DNA of 64,000 nt, taken from NCBI GenBank assembly GCA_964187785.1, contig OZ076409.1, forward strand, positions 31,620,001 through 31,684,000, given 5' to 3'. This stretch comes from Amphiscolops sp. MND2022 (lineage: Eukaryota). Shown here piece after piece: positions 37,500 to 48,887 of the stretch. The notes under the pieces were generated by a model. That model searched no databases. It was not told where the DNA came from and saw only the letters and a program-made list of their open reading frames with translations. A program made the translations under genes and the position numbers. Every line of letters starts with the position of its first letter. The first letter of the stretch is position 1.

Positions 37500-37950
37500 T
37501 TTGTTCAACCAGGTATCTCGAAATTACTCGGACCAAAATCCCTAAATTACTCGACTCGGTACAGGCTTGAATATGGGCGGATTACTCTGTAAATTACTCG
37601 AAAAAAGAACGAAATTAATCACCAAAATTTCAATTTTTTCGGCGTCGACATACAGAAATAGTAAATGCAATGTTTCAGGAGCAAGTTTTTGTCGATCTTT
37701 AATTGAAACCTTGTTGAAATAAAAGAATACTGTCTCAACTGAGGCGGAAGATGGAACAATAAATCCGAATGTCATCGCAAGAGAATACATCTTCCAGATT
37801 CAAGCGGCAACTCTTTCCCAAAACCCGCCAATTTCTTCAAGTATTGCTTGGATGTATATGCTATTTCTCAGAAATACAGGCTTATTACGCGGTTTCACTC
37901 GCTAAACTGTAGTTGGTCAGTTTACTCGTAACATGACTCGGAAATACTCG
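37500..37950 (-). mobile_element. hAT transposon 3' remnant (C-terminal dimerisation domain, sub-terminal TTACTCG repeats)
   Basis: GFW.R......YSLA....VPSSASVETVF.....KDRQKLAPETL.LL.L resembles hATC. AATTACTCG is repeated at ~37520, 37545 and 37590. Confidence 0.7.
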
Positions 37951-38201
37951 CCGAATAATAATGACATGCCTGTGTTCAACTAATGAAGCATATCGTCCGG
38001 GAAAATCAATGACGGTGTAAACTGGTAGAATTATTAACGGTGCGCTTTATAATGATTTGACCGAATTGTTTACCTTGTAAACGGAGTGATACATTGCATC
38101 TTTTTTTGAACTTTCATGGTAATGATTATTGTAGCCTAGAGCAGAAATAACACTGAGCCCTCCAGGGGCCTATTTTGAATTATATAGTTTTCCTGGACGT
38201 A

Positions 38202-39018
38202 TTTTCAGTCGGCGCTTACGAAGTAACAGTCGCTATAGCAGTGGCTTTTTCTAGAAACGCGAAGTGATAAATTCGATCAGAAATGATTAATGCAGTAACT
38301 TAACAGCCACTTGGCCGAGAGGTTAACCCAGATTTTTTGAGTTTTTTGCTTGCAAAAGTAGAGGGGAGAACAAAATTTTTTTCTGCAATATGTCACTTTT
38401 TTCTGAACTTTTAGAACCAAAGTGCCGCATCTTGATTTTTAGCGTAGGCGAGCATAGAAGGCTACCTTATATTTTTTCGGAACACTGCGATTTACCGGAG
38501 ATTTGAAAAACAAATCTGAAAAGTTTCCGAAAAAAATCTCCCAATTTTTTTTCGAGTCCTAATTCTTTTCCGAGTCCTAAGGATGACCTCTTTGTTTGAT
38601 TTTTTTTTGTACTGTGGAACCGATGGTACCCCCTTGGCTTGTCAAACAGCTCCCGTTCACTTTTTGAAAAGTGTTTGGCTTGGTTTTCCGAATTGCGGGG
38701 GTCTCCTTTTGAGTTTTTCGTCTTTGCGTCGTCGAAAATTTTTTCATTTGGTCAAAGGTTACCCTCTTCTCTTTCATTTTTTTTCAGTTTGAAAAAAAGC
38801 GTTTTGCCAGCTTAAAGGCACTGTGAGACATTTTCTTGAAAAACAATCTTTTCAAAAAAAAGTCATTTTCCCAATTGGAAAAAACGGTTTTCTAGTCTTT
38901 TCGTTATCTTCCTTCGGTGTTTTCCGGCACTGTAAGTTTGATGAATTTTTGCATATCTAGAAAGCATGGTTTTTCAAACCTTGAGCGGGGCTCCGATTTG
39001 GGTCGTTCTCGCTTTGTT
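38202..39018 (+). mobile_element. HINE-A degenerate copy
   Basis: TTTTCAGTCGGCGC at the 5' end (38207-38215), GGCACTGT subrepeats, 3' GCTCCGATTTGGGTCGTTCTCGCTTTGTT. Confidence 0.55.
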
Positions 39019-39093
39019 GTAACTGTGATGAAAAACAAAAAAACTAGGACACTTTAGAAATCAGAGTTTCCATTAATTGAAACCTATTTTCAG

Positions 39094-39162
39094 AGAGCAA
39101 CGAAGACTTGAGAGGAGGCTATATGTTGTGCTTCCTCGACGATGGATGTGGCATGGGAAGGG
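39094..39162 (+). CDS. MORC2: MORC exon 4 (SNEDLRGGYMLCFLDDGCGMGR; GHKL DxGxG box), 69 nt
   Basis: TATTTTCAG| acceptor, |GTAAGT donor. Matches the MORC EDLRGGFMLCFLDDGAGM motif. Confidence 0.95.
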
Positions 39163-39234
39163 GTAAGTTTCTCACTTTCGCCATCATAGCATAGCTTGCA
39201 AAATCTTCCTAGTGAATTTTTCATTTCAAAAATT

Positions 39235-40860
39235 AATTTACTTTGTAATCATGGTTAAGAGCTATTCGGAATAAATGAACTAACTTACAAGTTTAAAACA
39301 AATCATATGAAGCATAATGTACATCATCTTCAACAAACATCAAGTTCAACGAAAGGAAAAATAAACAATTTCGAAGTTATGAAAAGTATGTTCTCTAGGA
39401 AAAAAATACTAGTCTAATCTTAAGTTCGTTTATAAAAAATTTGAATGTTTAATGGTGTTCCATTCCATGAGCATACGATAGTAGATACTAAAAATTTGAG
39501 TTTCAAAGAGGCCCTGTCGTTGAAGAAAAACTTCCAATTTCGGCTTTGGAGGCCATTGCGTAAACCCCGCGTTTTTTGCATTCCATGACCAAGTGATAAA
39601 TCATTTCAAGTTCTTCATCGCATTGGGAGCAAATGGGATGAGGGACTAAGTTTCTCAACCGCTTTTCCTGTTTATCTATGATACTTCCCATCAAAAAACC
39701 AATTTTTTCGGGAAGCTAGCAAAGATTCCAGGTTCCATAACTTTTGAACGGTTTCCTTAACTTTTGACCAGGTTTTTACTTCTCATGCCTTATTTTTGAG
39801 CCCTGCAGAAAGTCTATCTATCGCCTTTGTTCGGTCACAAAATTCCATCAGAAAGCTAAAAAATCTCTGGTTTTCGTCTCTGCCGTGATTTCTTTTTCGA
39901 GGCGCCCTTGTTTAATCAGCAGATTGTGGTCTCTGATTTTCAAAGTTCTTTTCTTTTTGCATTCAATTTTCAATCTTTCGCGAAGAAATAAAGAGCTCTG
40001 GCAAAAATTTTCTACTAGATTTCGATTTTTCTCTTGAAAGTAAAGTTCCTTCAAACTCATGATTTTACACGCTGTAACTAAAACCGAAAGGTTTTTGAGC
40101 CTGAGACCACATTCTTTCAACTCCAAGTGTAGGATCTCAGAATTGACTCTGTTTTTTATTTTGCCAGAATTGGTTAATTAGGTCGCGATTCAACTTTCCT
40201 AGCAGTTTTTTAATTAATAAGATGTGTCAGTCTATGATTAAGTCTGCAGATTACGAATACTTCAATTTTTATTGATCTGGCTTTGTAGGACATGGACTGC
40301 AGGGCATATCGAGAAGCTTTTCTAGCAATTTCGGCTAGACTGTCGGAAAAGCGGGTATTATGGTTAATGGTCCAAATATGTACTCCAAGAACTGTAATAG
40401 TTTTTGACGGAGTAATATTTTTAGGTAGTATACCATTGGTGGCTATTCCAGCTTTGGTGTCATTAATTTCCAATCCTGAAATGGTTTTAGTGATCGAAGG
40501 CAGCAAAAAAACGGAGGCTAGTCGATGCTAACTCCTGCAGTTATATCGTCAGCATAAGCAAGAGTTTTTTTTGGTCATTTTCGGAGAGTATCTCTTTTCT
40601 GACTGTATCTGTCGTAACAAAAGTTCTAGACCGACTTTGAATAAAAGAGCAGATAGCGGACATCCTTGTCTCGCACCCCTTTCAATTGATAGTGGAAGCG
40701 ACAAAAAACCGTTCAATCTTAATCTAGTATCCAGATGTTTGTATCGTAGTCATCATCGGTGAGCTCATATGCAAAAAGTAATCTATGGTCTGAAAAAGAC
40801 GTTTGTATCAAATCAAGAATTTGGTTATGCTTAGTCGGATAGCAGTAGATAAAATCTAGT
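39235..40860 (-). mobile_element. Tx1/L1-clade LINE ORF2 remnant (endonuclease and first half of RT deleted)
   Basis: RGARQGCPLSALLF, AYADD, SGLEIN..K, and C-terminal CSQC...E.I.HL..EC zinc motif. Many stops. Confidence 0.75.
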
Positions 40861-40945
40861 TGAGACCGTTGTTTGGTACGTTTGTGGTAGTGTGCGGGAG
40901 AAACGGGAGGGTTGTTTTTTGCCAGATCGCGGAAACCAAAAGAAT

Positions 40946-41821
40946 TTAGAGTGGAGACAGGTTTTTATACTTTATATATAGTGGCCGAGTGTGGGGAGAG
41001 TTGGATGTTTCATCTGCAAATGCTTGAAACTTGTTTTTTGCTGGCGTTGAAATTGAGGTTAGCACTTGAGCCTTTTCTCTTTTCCTGCGGTTTCTCGTCT
41101 GTTGATACCATGAACCATCGTCGTGTTCAGTTTCTCCACCATCTGGTTCAATCGCTCCATCCTCTCGTTCATCATCATTATTGTCATTCGGTGGTGCAGT
41201 GTTCTGATCTCTTTGTTCATCATTGTCATCAGCTGTCATTTTCTCTTCAAATGGTACTACAGGACGCGAGGTGACTGGTCTTCTTTTACGGTACCATGCT
41301 TCATCGTGTCCAAAAATTTCGCGCCCTGATTGTGTTGAACAAATTGAGCAGGAATGTAGTCGTAGTACATTTGCTCTGATGGTAATTCCATGCCAATTCC
41401 TTGTATCAGAAATACCATTGGCTCTGGACCAGTCTTTCAGAATAGTCTCTTCCTCTTCGCTTTTGACTTGGAGTGTTGCGTTAGCTGTTCCTATGTAGAC
41501 CACTCCGACTTCTGTTGTAACTGTGTGCCTGTTTATTTCTGAAAGAATGTCTCCGCATGACATTTGAATAACCTCAAGCAATTCTTCATCACCGCATAAG
41601 ATTGGTAATCCTTCAATCCGTAAAGTGAACTTTTTTGGGTACATTGATGGACTGTACTGCCATATTTCGTCAGCGGTAGGAAGCATTGTACGATTTAGAA
41701 TTTGTAGTCCTGTGAGCTGCATGTTTGCTACTTCTTCCTCTGCTTCTATGGGGGCAGTAACCATGAAGGTTTGCTGCTTCCGGTTGCCAATGATTGTGTG
41801 AGTCTTTGCAATCGTTATCAT
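40946..41821 (-). CDS. Tx1/L1-like ORF1 protein (RRM-like region, degenerate zinc knuckle, acidic tail), open for 291 aa
   Basis: Lies directly 5' of the ORF2 remnant on the same strand. LRIEGLP and CSIC......GH.E.. patterns. Confidence 0.6.
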   Translation of the reverse strand: MITIAKTHTIIGNRKQQTFMVTAPIEAEEEVANMQLTGLQILNRTMLPTADEIWQYSPSMYPKKFTLRIEGLPILCGDEELLEVIQMSCGDILSEINRHTVTTEVGVVYIGTANATLQVKSEEEETILKDWSRANGISDTRNWHGITIRANVLRLHSCSICSTQSGREIFGHDEAWYRKRRPVTSRPVVPFEEKMTADDNDEQRDQNTAPPNDNNDDEREDGAIEPDGGETEHDDGSWYQQTRNRRKREKAQVLTSISTPAKNKFQAFADETSNSPHTRPLYIKYKNLSPL

Positions 41822-43119
41822 CGGTCGCTTTTTTAATGTGATTTTGTATGTCGAAATACATAGTAGTAGCTAGGAAAGACGAGAAGTTCAGATATTTTTA
41901 GTCCTCTACGAATTTTGCTGCTGTGAAACTTGCTGCTAGAGATATGAGCTGAGAGTGACAACCATACGACGACTGAGTGCACAATGAAGTAACCAATTTT
42001 TGCAATGACAGGTGGTTGACATTTTGTACCCACAATCACTTCCACGAGATAGATAATTCATGCTCATTGGACATATTGTAGCGAAACTCGAAATAGATGA
42101 AACTACTTAGCATGTACCGTTTTCTAGCGAATTTTAGAATAGCATTGAAATTGCACATGCTATAATGTATTGGCCTTTTTTACTAAAAGTCTCTTTTGAA
42201 CAAAACTGACTGAACTAGGGAGTTGAGTTCGCTTCATAGTGCTTTTTGATAAAGGATTATAACAAAATTACAGGCAATTCCTTTCCAAAGAAGATGAACG
42301 TATGGTGTGTAACAGGAAAATTAGCAAAACAAGCCGGGATCAGCATAAGTCGGCGCCATATCCAAGGCTCAAAAATAGCAAAAGGACGTCAAATTGTCAA
42401 GTGTTCTTCTGGAATACCTGGAAGTGTCAAGCATTCTTTTACAGTACGAAATTGGCGTACCTACCGAAAAATTCAGATTTTTTGTTTTCCGCACTGAGTA
42501 TAAGCGTGCGATTTAAATTTCTCAAGCTGCCGACGACATTTTGTTTCTCGTCCGATGAAACGAGTGAGTGGCAATTAAGCATTCGTACGCCGAATTCATT
42601 GAAATGAAGCGAGCAAAAGTTCGTAATTATGCTTCCGTACGCCGAGTTCTTGAAATGAAGCCACCGAGTGTTAATTAATCGTTCACCGAGAGCTTCGCCC
42701 GCAATCAAATGCGAATACGAAACTTCGTCTACGCTAAGTAGTTATATTTTCTTTAGTCCGAGAATTAAAGGCGGTGTAAACTGGTACAGTGAATAATTGT
42801 GCGCTATATAATGAATAATAAGCCAGGACCGGCCCAAGTCGGTGCCATTGCGATACATATCCCCGCAAGCAAGTTCCCAGATCTTGCGACTTGCAATAAT
42901 AACCAATCACAGTGAGTTATTATTATGAATACAGTTTTACACTTTTCTCATATTACACCAAGTGATAATTAGCTACACTGAATGACTAAAATTCACTAAT
43001 TGACAGATTTACACTATTTTCCGGTCCATAAATTTACACTAATTGACTGCGTTACGCACTTATGCAGTACTACGCACTTTGACTGAATTACGCCGTCTTA
43101 CTAATTACGTGGTGTAAAT

Positions 43120-45880
43120 TAGTCCAACAGATGCCAAGTGTTTTTATTGTATTCTTCCGAGAAAAGCGCAACTTCATCTGATGTTTCTCGGAGTTCAAGG
43201 GGTAGCTCCATTGTTAACTCAGGGTGACTTGACGTCTACTTTCCTAGCTCAAACCCAAAAACGGAAAGCTCAGTACATGTCTTTCATCAAATTACGCGCT
43301 TCTGTGATGGTGTTAGCACCACCGAGAAAGTCATCAACGTAAAAAGAATTATTGAGTACGTCAGCGACTGCATGGTTGTTTGTGCGATTAGCAACTTCCT
43401 TTAGGCTGCGAGTGGAGTGGAAAGCAGAAGAAACAATTCCGTAGATAACTCGCTTCATTCGCATGTTTCCCTTTTTCATCTTTTTTGCTGCGCCACAGAA
43501 GACGATGGAAGTCTCTGTCAGGTGCATCTAGTTCAACCTGACGGTACATTTTGGCAATGTCCGCTGATAGCGCTATAGGCTTGTAGCGGAATTGATTCAG
43601 AATAGTAAACAAATCATTCTGAAGACTGGTCCAACCACGAGACTTTCGTTCAGTGAAAGTCCATTCGAAGTCTTGGCAGAACCATCGAAGACTACACGTA
43701 ACTTCGTTGTTGTTGAGTCTTCCTTGAAGACACAATGATGAGGTAGATTATAAACTGCACTATCAGGTTTGCTGATCTCATTTTCAGGAAAGACTTCCAT
43801 GTGGTCGAGTGAAACCAATTCGTCAACAAAAGCACCATACCGTTTTTTTTATTTCGGGACTAGTGTCCAATCGACGTTCCAGTGAACTGAATCTGCGTTG
43901 AGCTTGAGTTAGGCTTTCACCCAAAATTGCATCTTCTTTGAATGGCAACTTGACTACAAAACGATTGTCGAAAACCCTTGTGGTTTCTTGAAAGATTTTC
44001 TTACGTCTCTTCTTCAGTTGGCAAATTTCTTTCAGGCAGAGTCTCAAATTCCCAAAATTTTCTCAAAGTTTCGTCTGTTGAGGCATGTCAAGAGATGAAA
44101 GAATTTGATGATTCGTTTTGTTTTCCAATCAATACCCATCCAAAAATCGTTTTACGTGAAAACAAACCAGCGAAAGCTCCCGGCGTTGATTTTCCATCAA
44201 TTCTTCGAAGACATCCGCACCTAATATCATGTCGACTGGCTTAGAGATATTGAAATTGGGATCAGCCAAAGAGATATTGGTAGGTGTGGAAGGAATTTTC
44301 AGAAGTAGACTCGGTATGCTATTTGTTAGTTTCAAAATGTACGCAGATACATTGACTTGTTTCGACCCAGATTTCAAAACAAGTTTTACACGACCCGCTT
44401 TAACATCTTTTGCCTTGTCGCCGATGCCACTCAGGTTCAAGTTTACATCATCTTTGTTTATATTCAATGCATCAGCCAATTTTCCAGTGATAAAGCTAAG
44501 TTGCGAGCCACTATCCAATAAAGCCCGGCAGTGTACAAGTTCATTTTGCGAAACCAATACAGAAACAATAGCAGTAGGAAGAATTGTCGTGTAACTTGAC
44601 TCTTGATGATGTCCTGTAAATTGAGGATCGTCGTTTGTTGTGTTTTCAGCTAGGTGAACAGAGGCAGTATCAACTCGATGTAATAATGTGTTTTTTGTTG
44701 CAGGTTTGGCAAAATTTTTTCGAGGTTCCACTCTTTATACTGTGACCTTCCTTAAAACAGTTAAAGCAAAGCCTAAGATCTTTAATCTGATGATGTCGTT
44801 CAGTAATTGATAAGGATAAAAACGATGGAGAGGTATAAATCCGATGTGCTTTTTTTACACACAGGACAAGACATTGAATTGGACTGATAACTTCGGCAGG
44901 ATTGTCTTTCGACTTTTTCTCCCGCGTTATCTCGCCAGTGGCTTCTAGAGATCGACCAGATGCCTCTAATGCACGAGCACGACGTTCGAGAAACTTTCTC
45001 AGTTGCTCCATTGACTTCAGTTTTCCATCAGCATTGCTCAACTGCCATTCACGAGCAGTTTCAGCATCTACTTTTTGGAAAGTATATGCACCCAAACGAA
45101 GTCGCAACTTTTCGTGTCAATTCCCAAAGCACTAAGAGCCATCTCATTCTCATTAAAAATACCAATGAGTTTCCTCAGACTGTCCGCACTGTCTTTCTTC
45201 ATCGAATCAATCTCGAAAATGTGATTCAAATGCGCTTTCGTGATCAGAAACTATCGTATCGATCTTCCAGGAGTTGAATCGCTGCATCATAATTTGCTTC
45301 AGTTGTAGTCAAATTAGAAAGAACACGTTTAGCTTCACCTTTCAGAGCACCTTTGAGATAGTAAAGCTTTTGTACTTTGGGTAAAGATTGCTGTTCGTGC
45401 ACAGTACCTTTAAACATATCAAAGAATGTTTTCCAATCTTTATACTGACCATCAAAAGAAGGCAGTTCAATTCGAGGAAATCGAACATTGTCACGGTGGT
45501 TTGAGCCAAGCGATGAAGTTCCGTCGATATCAGATTTATGTTCTGTAATCCACTTTTGAAAACTTTTTTTACCTCAGTTTCAATTTCATCTTGTTTGAAT
45601 TTCCGCTTCTAAGGCCTCGTCGGAAGATTCAGTAATATCGAGAATCTTGAAATTGATTTCTCCGATTTTGGCTATTTTTTCAGTCAGCGATGCTAACAGT
45701 GTTTCTGCTGGTAATCTGTCATCCGGTGTTATTTCGTCAATGGGCTTCATTTTCAATTTGTCGAAAGTTGCCCTTTCGAGTAACAACGCCCATATGAGCC
45801 TTTCGAGAGGCTGAGTCTTCCTTTCGTCGGAAATTGTAGTCATGTTCTATGTTTTTCAACTGAGGACGAAGGAATTATCG
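43120..45880 (-). mobile_element. BEL/Pao fragment 2 (gag, protease, RT to KTLGI.W), 3'-truncated
   Basis: RIELPSFDGQYKDW..F; CF.C...GH..; RALLDSGSQLSFIT; RRFSSLERRL; LPHH.V.K..STTTKLRVVFDGS; DIAKMYRQV; FYVDDFLGG. Confidence 0.92.
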
Positions 45881-46109
45881 TTCTTTCGATTGAGCATAGC
45901 CCCTTGCAGGCAGGTCAACGGAAAGGGTGATTGAATTCAAGTGAGCGCAGCCCCTTGCAAGCAGGACACTCGAATTAGTGAAAGACAAATGAGGAAAAGT
46001 GGTCAGAATGGATATGTAGTGTATTGTTTCCAAAAAGAATGAACTGTTCTGCTTTTATAAGGTTTTTCGATATTCTTTCTCAAAATCTTTTCGTTAAGTA
46101 ATTTGTGAA

Positions 46110-46571
46110 CTTTTGCGAAAGCTCCAAGTCGTAAAGGTAATGAGATATGCCAACAAAAACTATGGGTTGCTTCTGTAAATTGCGAAAAGCGGTAAGCTCA
46201 GCGTTCAATTTCAAAACTTTATGCTATGTTTCTTCAGTACCTCGAGGCGGTACTCCATTAATGTAAACAGTTGAAGTGCGCAAAAGAAGTGGTCGAGCAA
46301 GTTCAAATATTCCTGTTGCAACTTCAATTGGCTCTTGAGCTGATCGAAAAGTGCCGTTTTTCGATAGGAAATTCTCTAATGCGTTACCCCCCACAAATAA
46401 TATAATCTTCTCAAACCTATTGAAGGGTGGTAGAAAATCCCAAAGATCTTGAGGGCGAGCTCCAGGTACAGACAAAACGTCAAATGAAATTGTTTTCAAC
46501 CTTTTCAGAAGTGAATCTGACAGAATCAAAAATTTTGAGCCGTTCTTCAGGTAAATACTTTTTCGTACCAT
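46110..46571 (-). pseudogene. SGNH/GDSL-hydrolase-fold remnant
   Basis: FLILSDSL (block I), VLSVPGA (block II), IILFVGGNAL (block III), then GVPPR. Frameshifted 3' part. Confidence 0.65.
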
Positions 46572-46899
46572 ATGAAAGAATTAGGAACGATCTAACCCAT
46601 ATCACGTCGAGAGGGTCACCAAAATGTAGAATTCTGCTGCACTGGCAGTTGTTCTTTGTTAGCGCTATGGCTAGATAGCAAAAACTCTTTGACGAAACTA
46701 ATTTCTTTTTGATCAAAGTGACTAATATCAAAGATTTGAAGGCAAACAATGAATCAAAGTATTTCGCGCTAAAAGTCATTCAATATTCATGAAAAGTTTT
46801 CATCAGTTTTTATAAAAGTGTGCATGCGTCAAATCATGAGTTATTAAAGTAAAATGAAATAATATTCAACATGTGGAACATTGCTCAGAACTGTCACGC

Positions 46900-47200
46900 A
46901 TTGACGAAGGCTCGATAAAAAACAGCAAAAGACATTGCTCAAATGAAAGATAGCTAATTCAAGAACAGTTTGCGTTGCTATGCTGATTGGTACTCACTGC
47001 AGAGAGAAATCCAAGCAAATTGGTATAATTCTTCCCCAAGTGAGATCAATTGATAAGGTGACTGCTGTTTGTGACATGTGTGCAGAAAAGTGCATCCATC
47101 TGCGGAACCAGCGGAAATATCAATTGATGGCCCAGAAGATTTCATCGCTCGGTACCGCGAGTGCTGGAAACTTGAGACTGAGCGTTTCAACCTCAGTTAA
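46900..47200 (+). pseudogene. TK1: Thymidine kinase (TK1/type II family) pseudogene fragment, intronless
   Basis: IDEG (Walker B, 46900-46911); RTVCVAMLIGTHCREKSKQIGIILPQVRSIDKVTAVCDMC aligns without gaps to TK1 [40 protein letters not shown] as recalled (17/40 identical by my count); after a frameshift IDGPEDFIARYRECW corresponds to IGGADKY..VCR.CY. P-loop region absent. Confidence 0.8.
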
Positions 47201-47521
47201 TCCATTCCCTAGCTTCATTACCAAGTATTACTATGAATTTCATTTCCATAGATTATGAAAAATTCGAGTTCAAATTCGAAATTTTCCCAAAAAACACGGA
47301 AGAGTGAGCACTTTGTTTACCAAAATCAAAATAGTAAACCAATCCTGTAAAAGTGGAAGCGTTTGCTGAATATTGATGGTAGGTGTTCTGCCAGTAAGGT
47401 GAGAGTGTCAAAAAAGTTTGTGTTACAGAGGTTTCATTCAAAACCACACTTGTAGTTTAGGAAACTGCATGAGTAATTTACAATTTTGGTCTTTCTGTAC
47501 TGAAGTTGCAATGGCTAGGTG

Positions 47522-48105
47522 TTTTCAGTCGGCGCTTTTGAAGAAAAAAGCTCGACTGTTACAGTGGGTAGTTTTTTAGACGCGTAAGGTCCACTTTTTT
47601 GTTCACCAACAAATGGTATTTGTTCAACAACTTGAGCTACGGAGGTTCAAAACACTCTAAACACCAGAACCTCGTCCAAAACAAAAAGAAACAAAATCGA
47701 CATCCAGAACCTCGAGAACATACTAAAGATAACCCCTTTAGCTATTTTGGTGTTTTTCATTTTGATTTTTTGTCGGCACTATGATTTTTAATTTTTTTTT
47801 GAATTGTGCCAAAGGATACCCCTTCATTTGTTTCGATATTTTGCAACAGAATGGATGTTAAAAAATCCCAAAGGGTCCCCCTTTTACATTTTTTGGCACT
47901 GTGACACTGTTCAAAAATCTCAATTTTTGTTTGTTTTTCAAAATTTTTGTAAAGTCTCCAAAATGTCCTCCTTTAATTTTTTTTTCATATTTTGCAACAA
48001 ACTGGAGTTTCAAAAAGCCCAAAGAGTTCCCCCTTTTACAATTTTGAAAAATTTGCGCTTTTTGAGTCTTAGATATAGCGCCGATTGTGACCGTTCCCGG
48101 CTTGT
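47522..48105 (+). mobile_element. HINE-A copy
   Basis: AGTCGGCGC (47527-47535) ... GCGCCGATT (48078-48086) sub-terminal IRs. CCG-TTCC-CGG hairpin then CTTGT. Internal AAGGGTCCCC/GGCACTGTG subrepeats. Confidence 0.7.
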
Positions 48106-48160
48106 AAGCATCTACAGACAAATTAAAAGCCACCAAGGTCAGTTGATTTGATGTTTTTAG

Positions 48161-48251
48161 AGGAAGCGCACCATGTAATAACATTTGGAAGGTCTGCAAA
48201 GAAAGCCATGGATACCAGTGTTATTGGACAATACGGGAATGGGCTAAAATC
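48161..48251 (+). CDS. MORC2: MORC exon 5 (EAHHVITFGRSAKKAMDTSVIGQYGNGLKS), 91 nt
   Basis: GTTTTTAG| acceptor, TC|GTGAGT donor. Matches the MORC IQFGKSAK...IGQYGNGLKS motif. Confidence 0.95.
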
Positions 48252-48583
48252 GTGAGTTGTTTTTGTTACGTATATTGATTTGTCTAAAATTTCGCCTGGT
48301 AAGCTCAAATATCAAAACTTGAAATTAGTCCGATGAGTCGAATTCAGACAATAATTTCTTCATTATTTTACACCAATGCCAGCAGCTAGACCAGATTTAT
48401 TTTGTTGAACGGATGCTAGATGTTCCGAATTTAATGATATAATTTTACAGTTCGCCATTTTTTTTCATTCAAGGCGAAGAAGTTCTTTTGTTCAGGTGAC
48501 TTGTGTACAGCTTGAATGATTTAGTAATCCGCAGTGACTTCATTTCCAACGATTTATTTGGTTTGCTATTTGTTTTGTTATAG

Positions 48584-48767
48584 TGGATCTATGAGAGTAG
48601 CCAAGGATTTCATTGTATTTTCAAAAACCAAAGATTTATGCACATGCATTTACATGTCGAGAACATTCCACGAAGACGAGAAGATTGACGAAGTTATTGT
48701 GCCAATTCCTTCTTGGGACGTTAAAACCAGAAAACCTTATCCTTCCACACCCGATGACCTTCAGAAG
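48584..48767 (+). CDS. MORC2: MORC exon 6 ([14 protein letters not shown]...[20 protein letters not shown]...LQK), 184 nt
   Basis: TTTTGTTATAG| acceptor, AAG|GTGAGT donor. Matches MORC2-type GSMRIGKDFILF...[20 protein letters not shown]. The six exons total 495 nt (165 codons) with no stop. The next exon was not found in the window. Confidence 0.95.
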
Positions 48768-48887
48768 GTGAGTCATTTTCTCTATACAAAGTCATTTCTT
48801 TCTAGTAAAGTTGCTTTCCCCATACAAAACAATTTGTCACAAAACAAGTTTTTTATTGGGTGTGTTGAAATTTTAGTTTCGTATTGC

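Larger units (their letters stand above)
15537..42720 (+). repeat. Dispersed diverged repeat, three copies (~15537-15620, ~37330-37480, ~42495-42720)
   Basis: Shared TAAGCGTG.GA..TAA...TCAAGCT core; family not identified. The coordinates span the first to last copy only. Confidence 0.5.
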
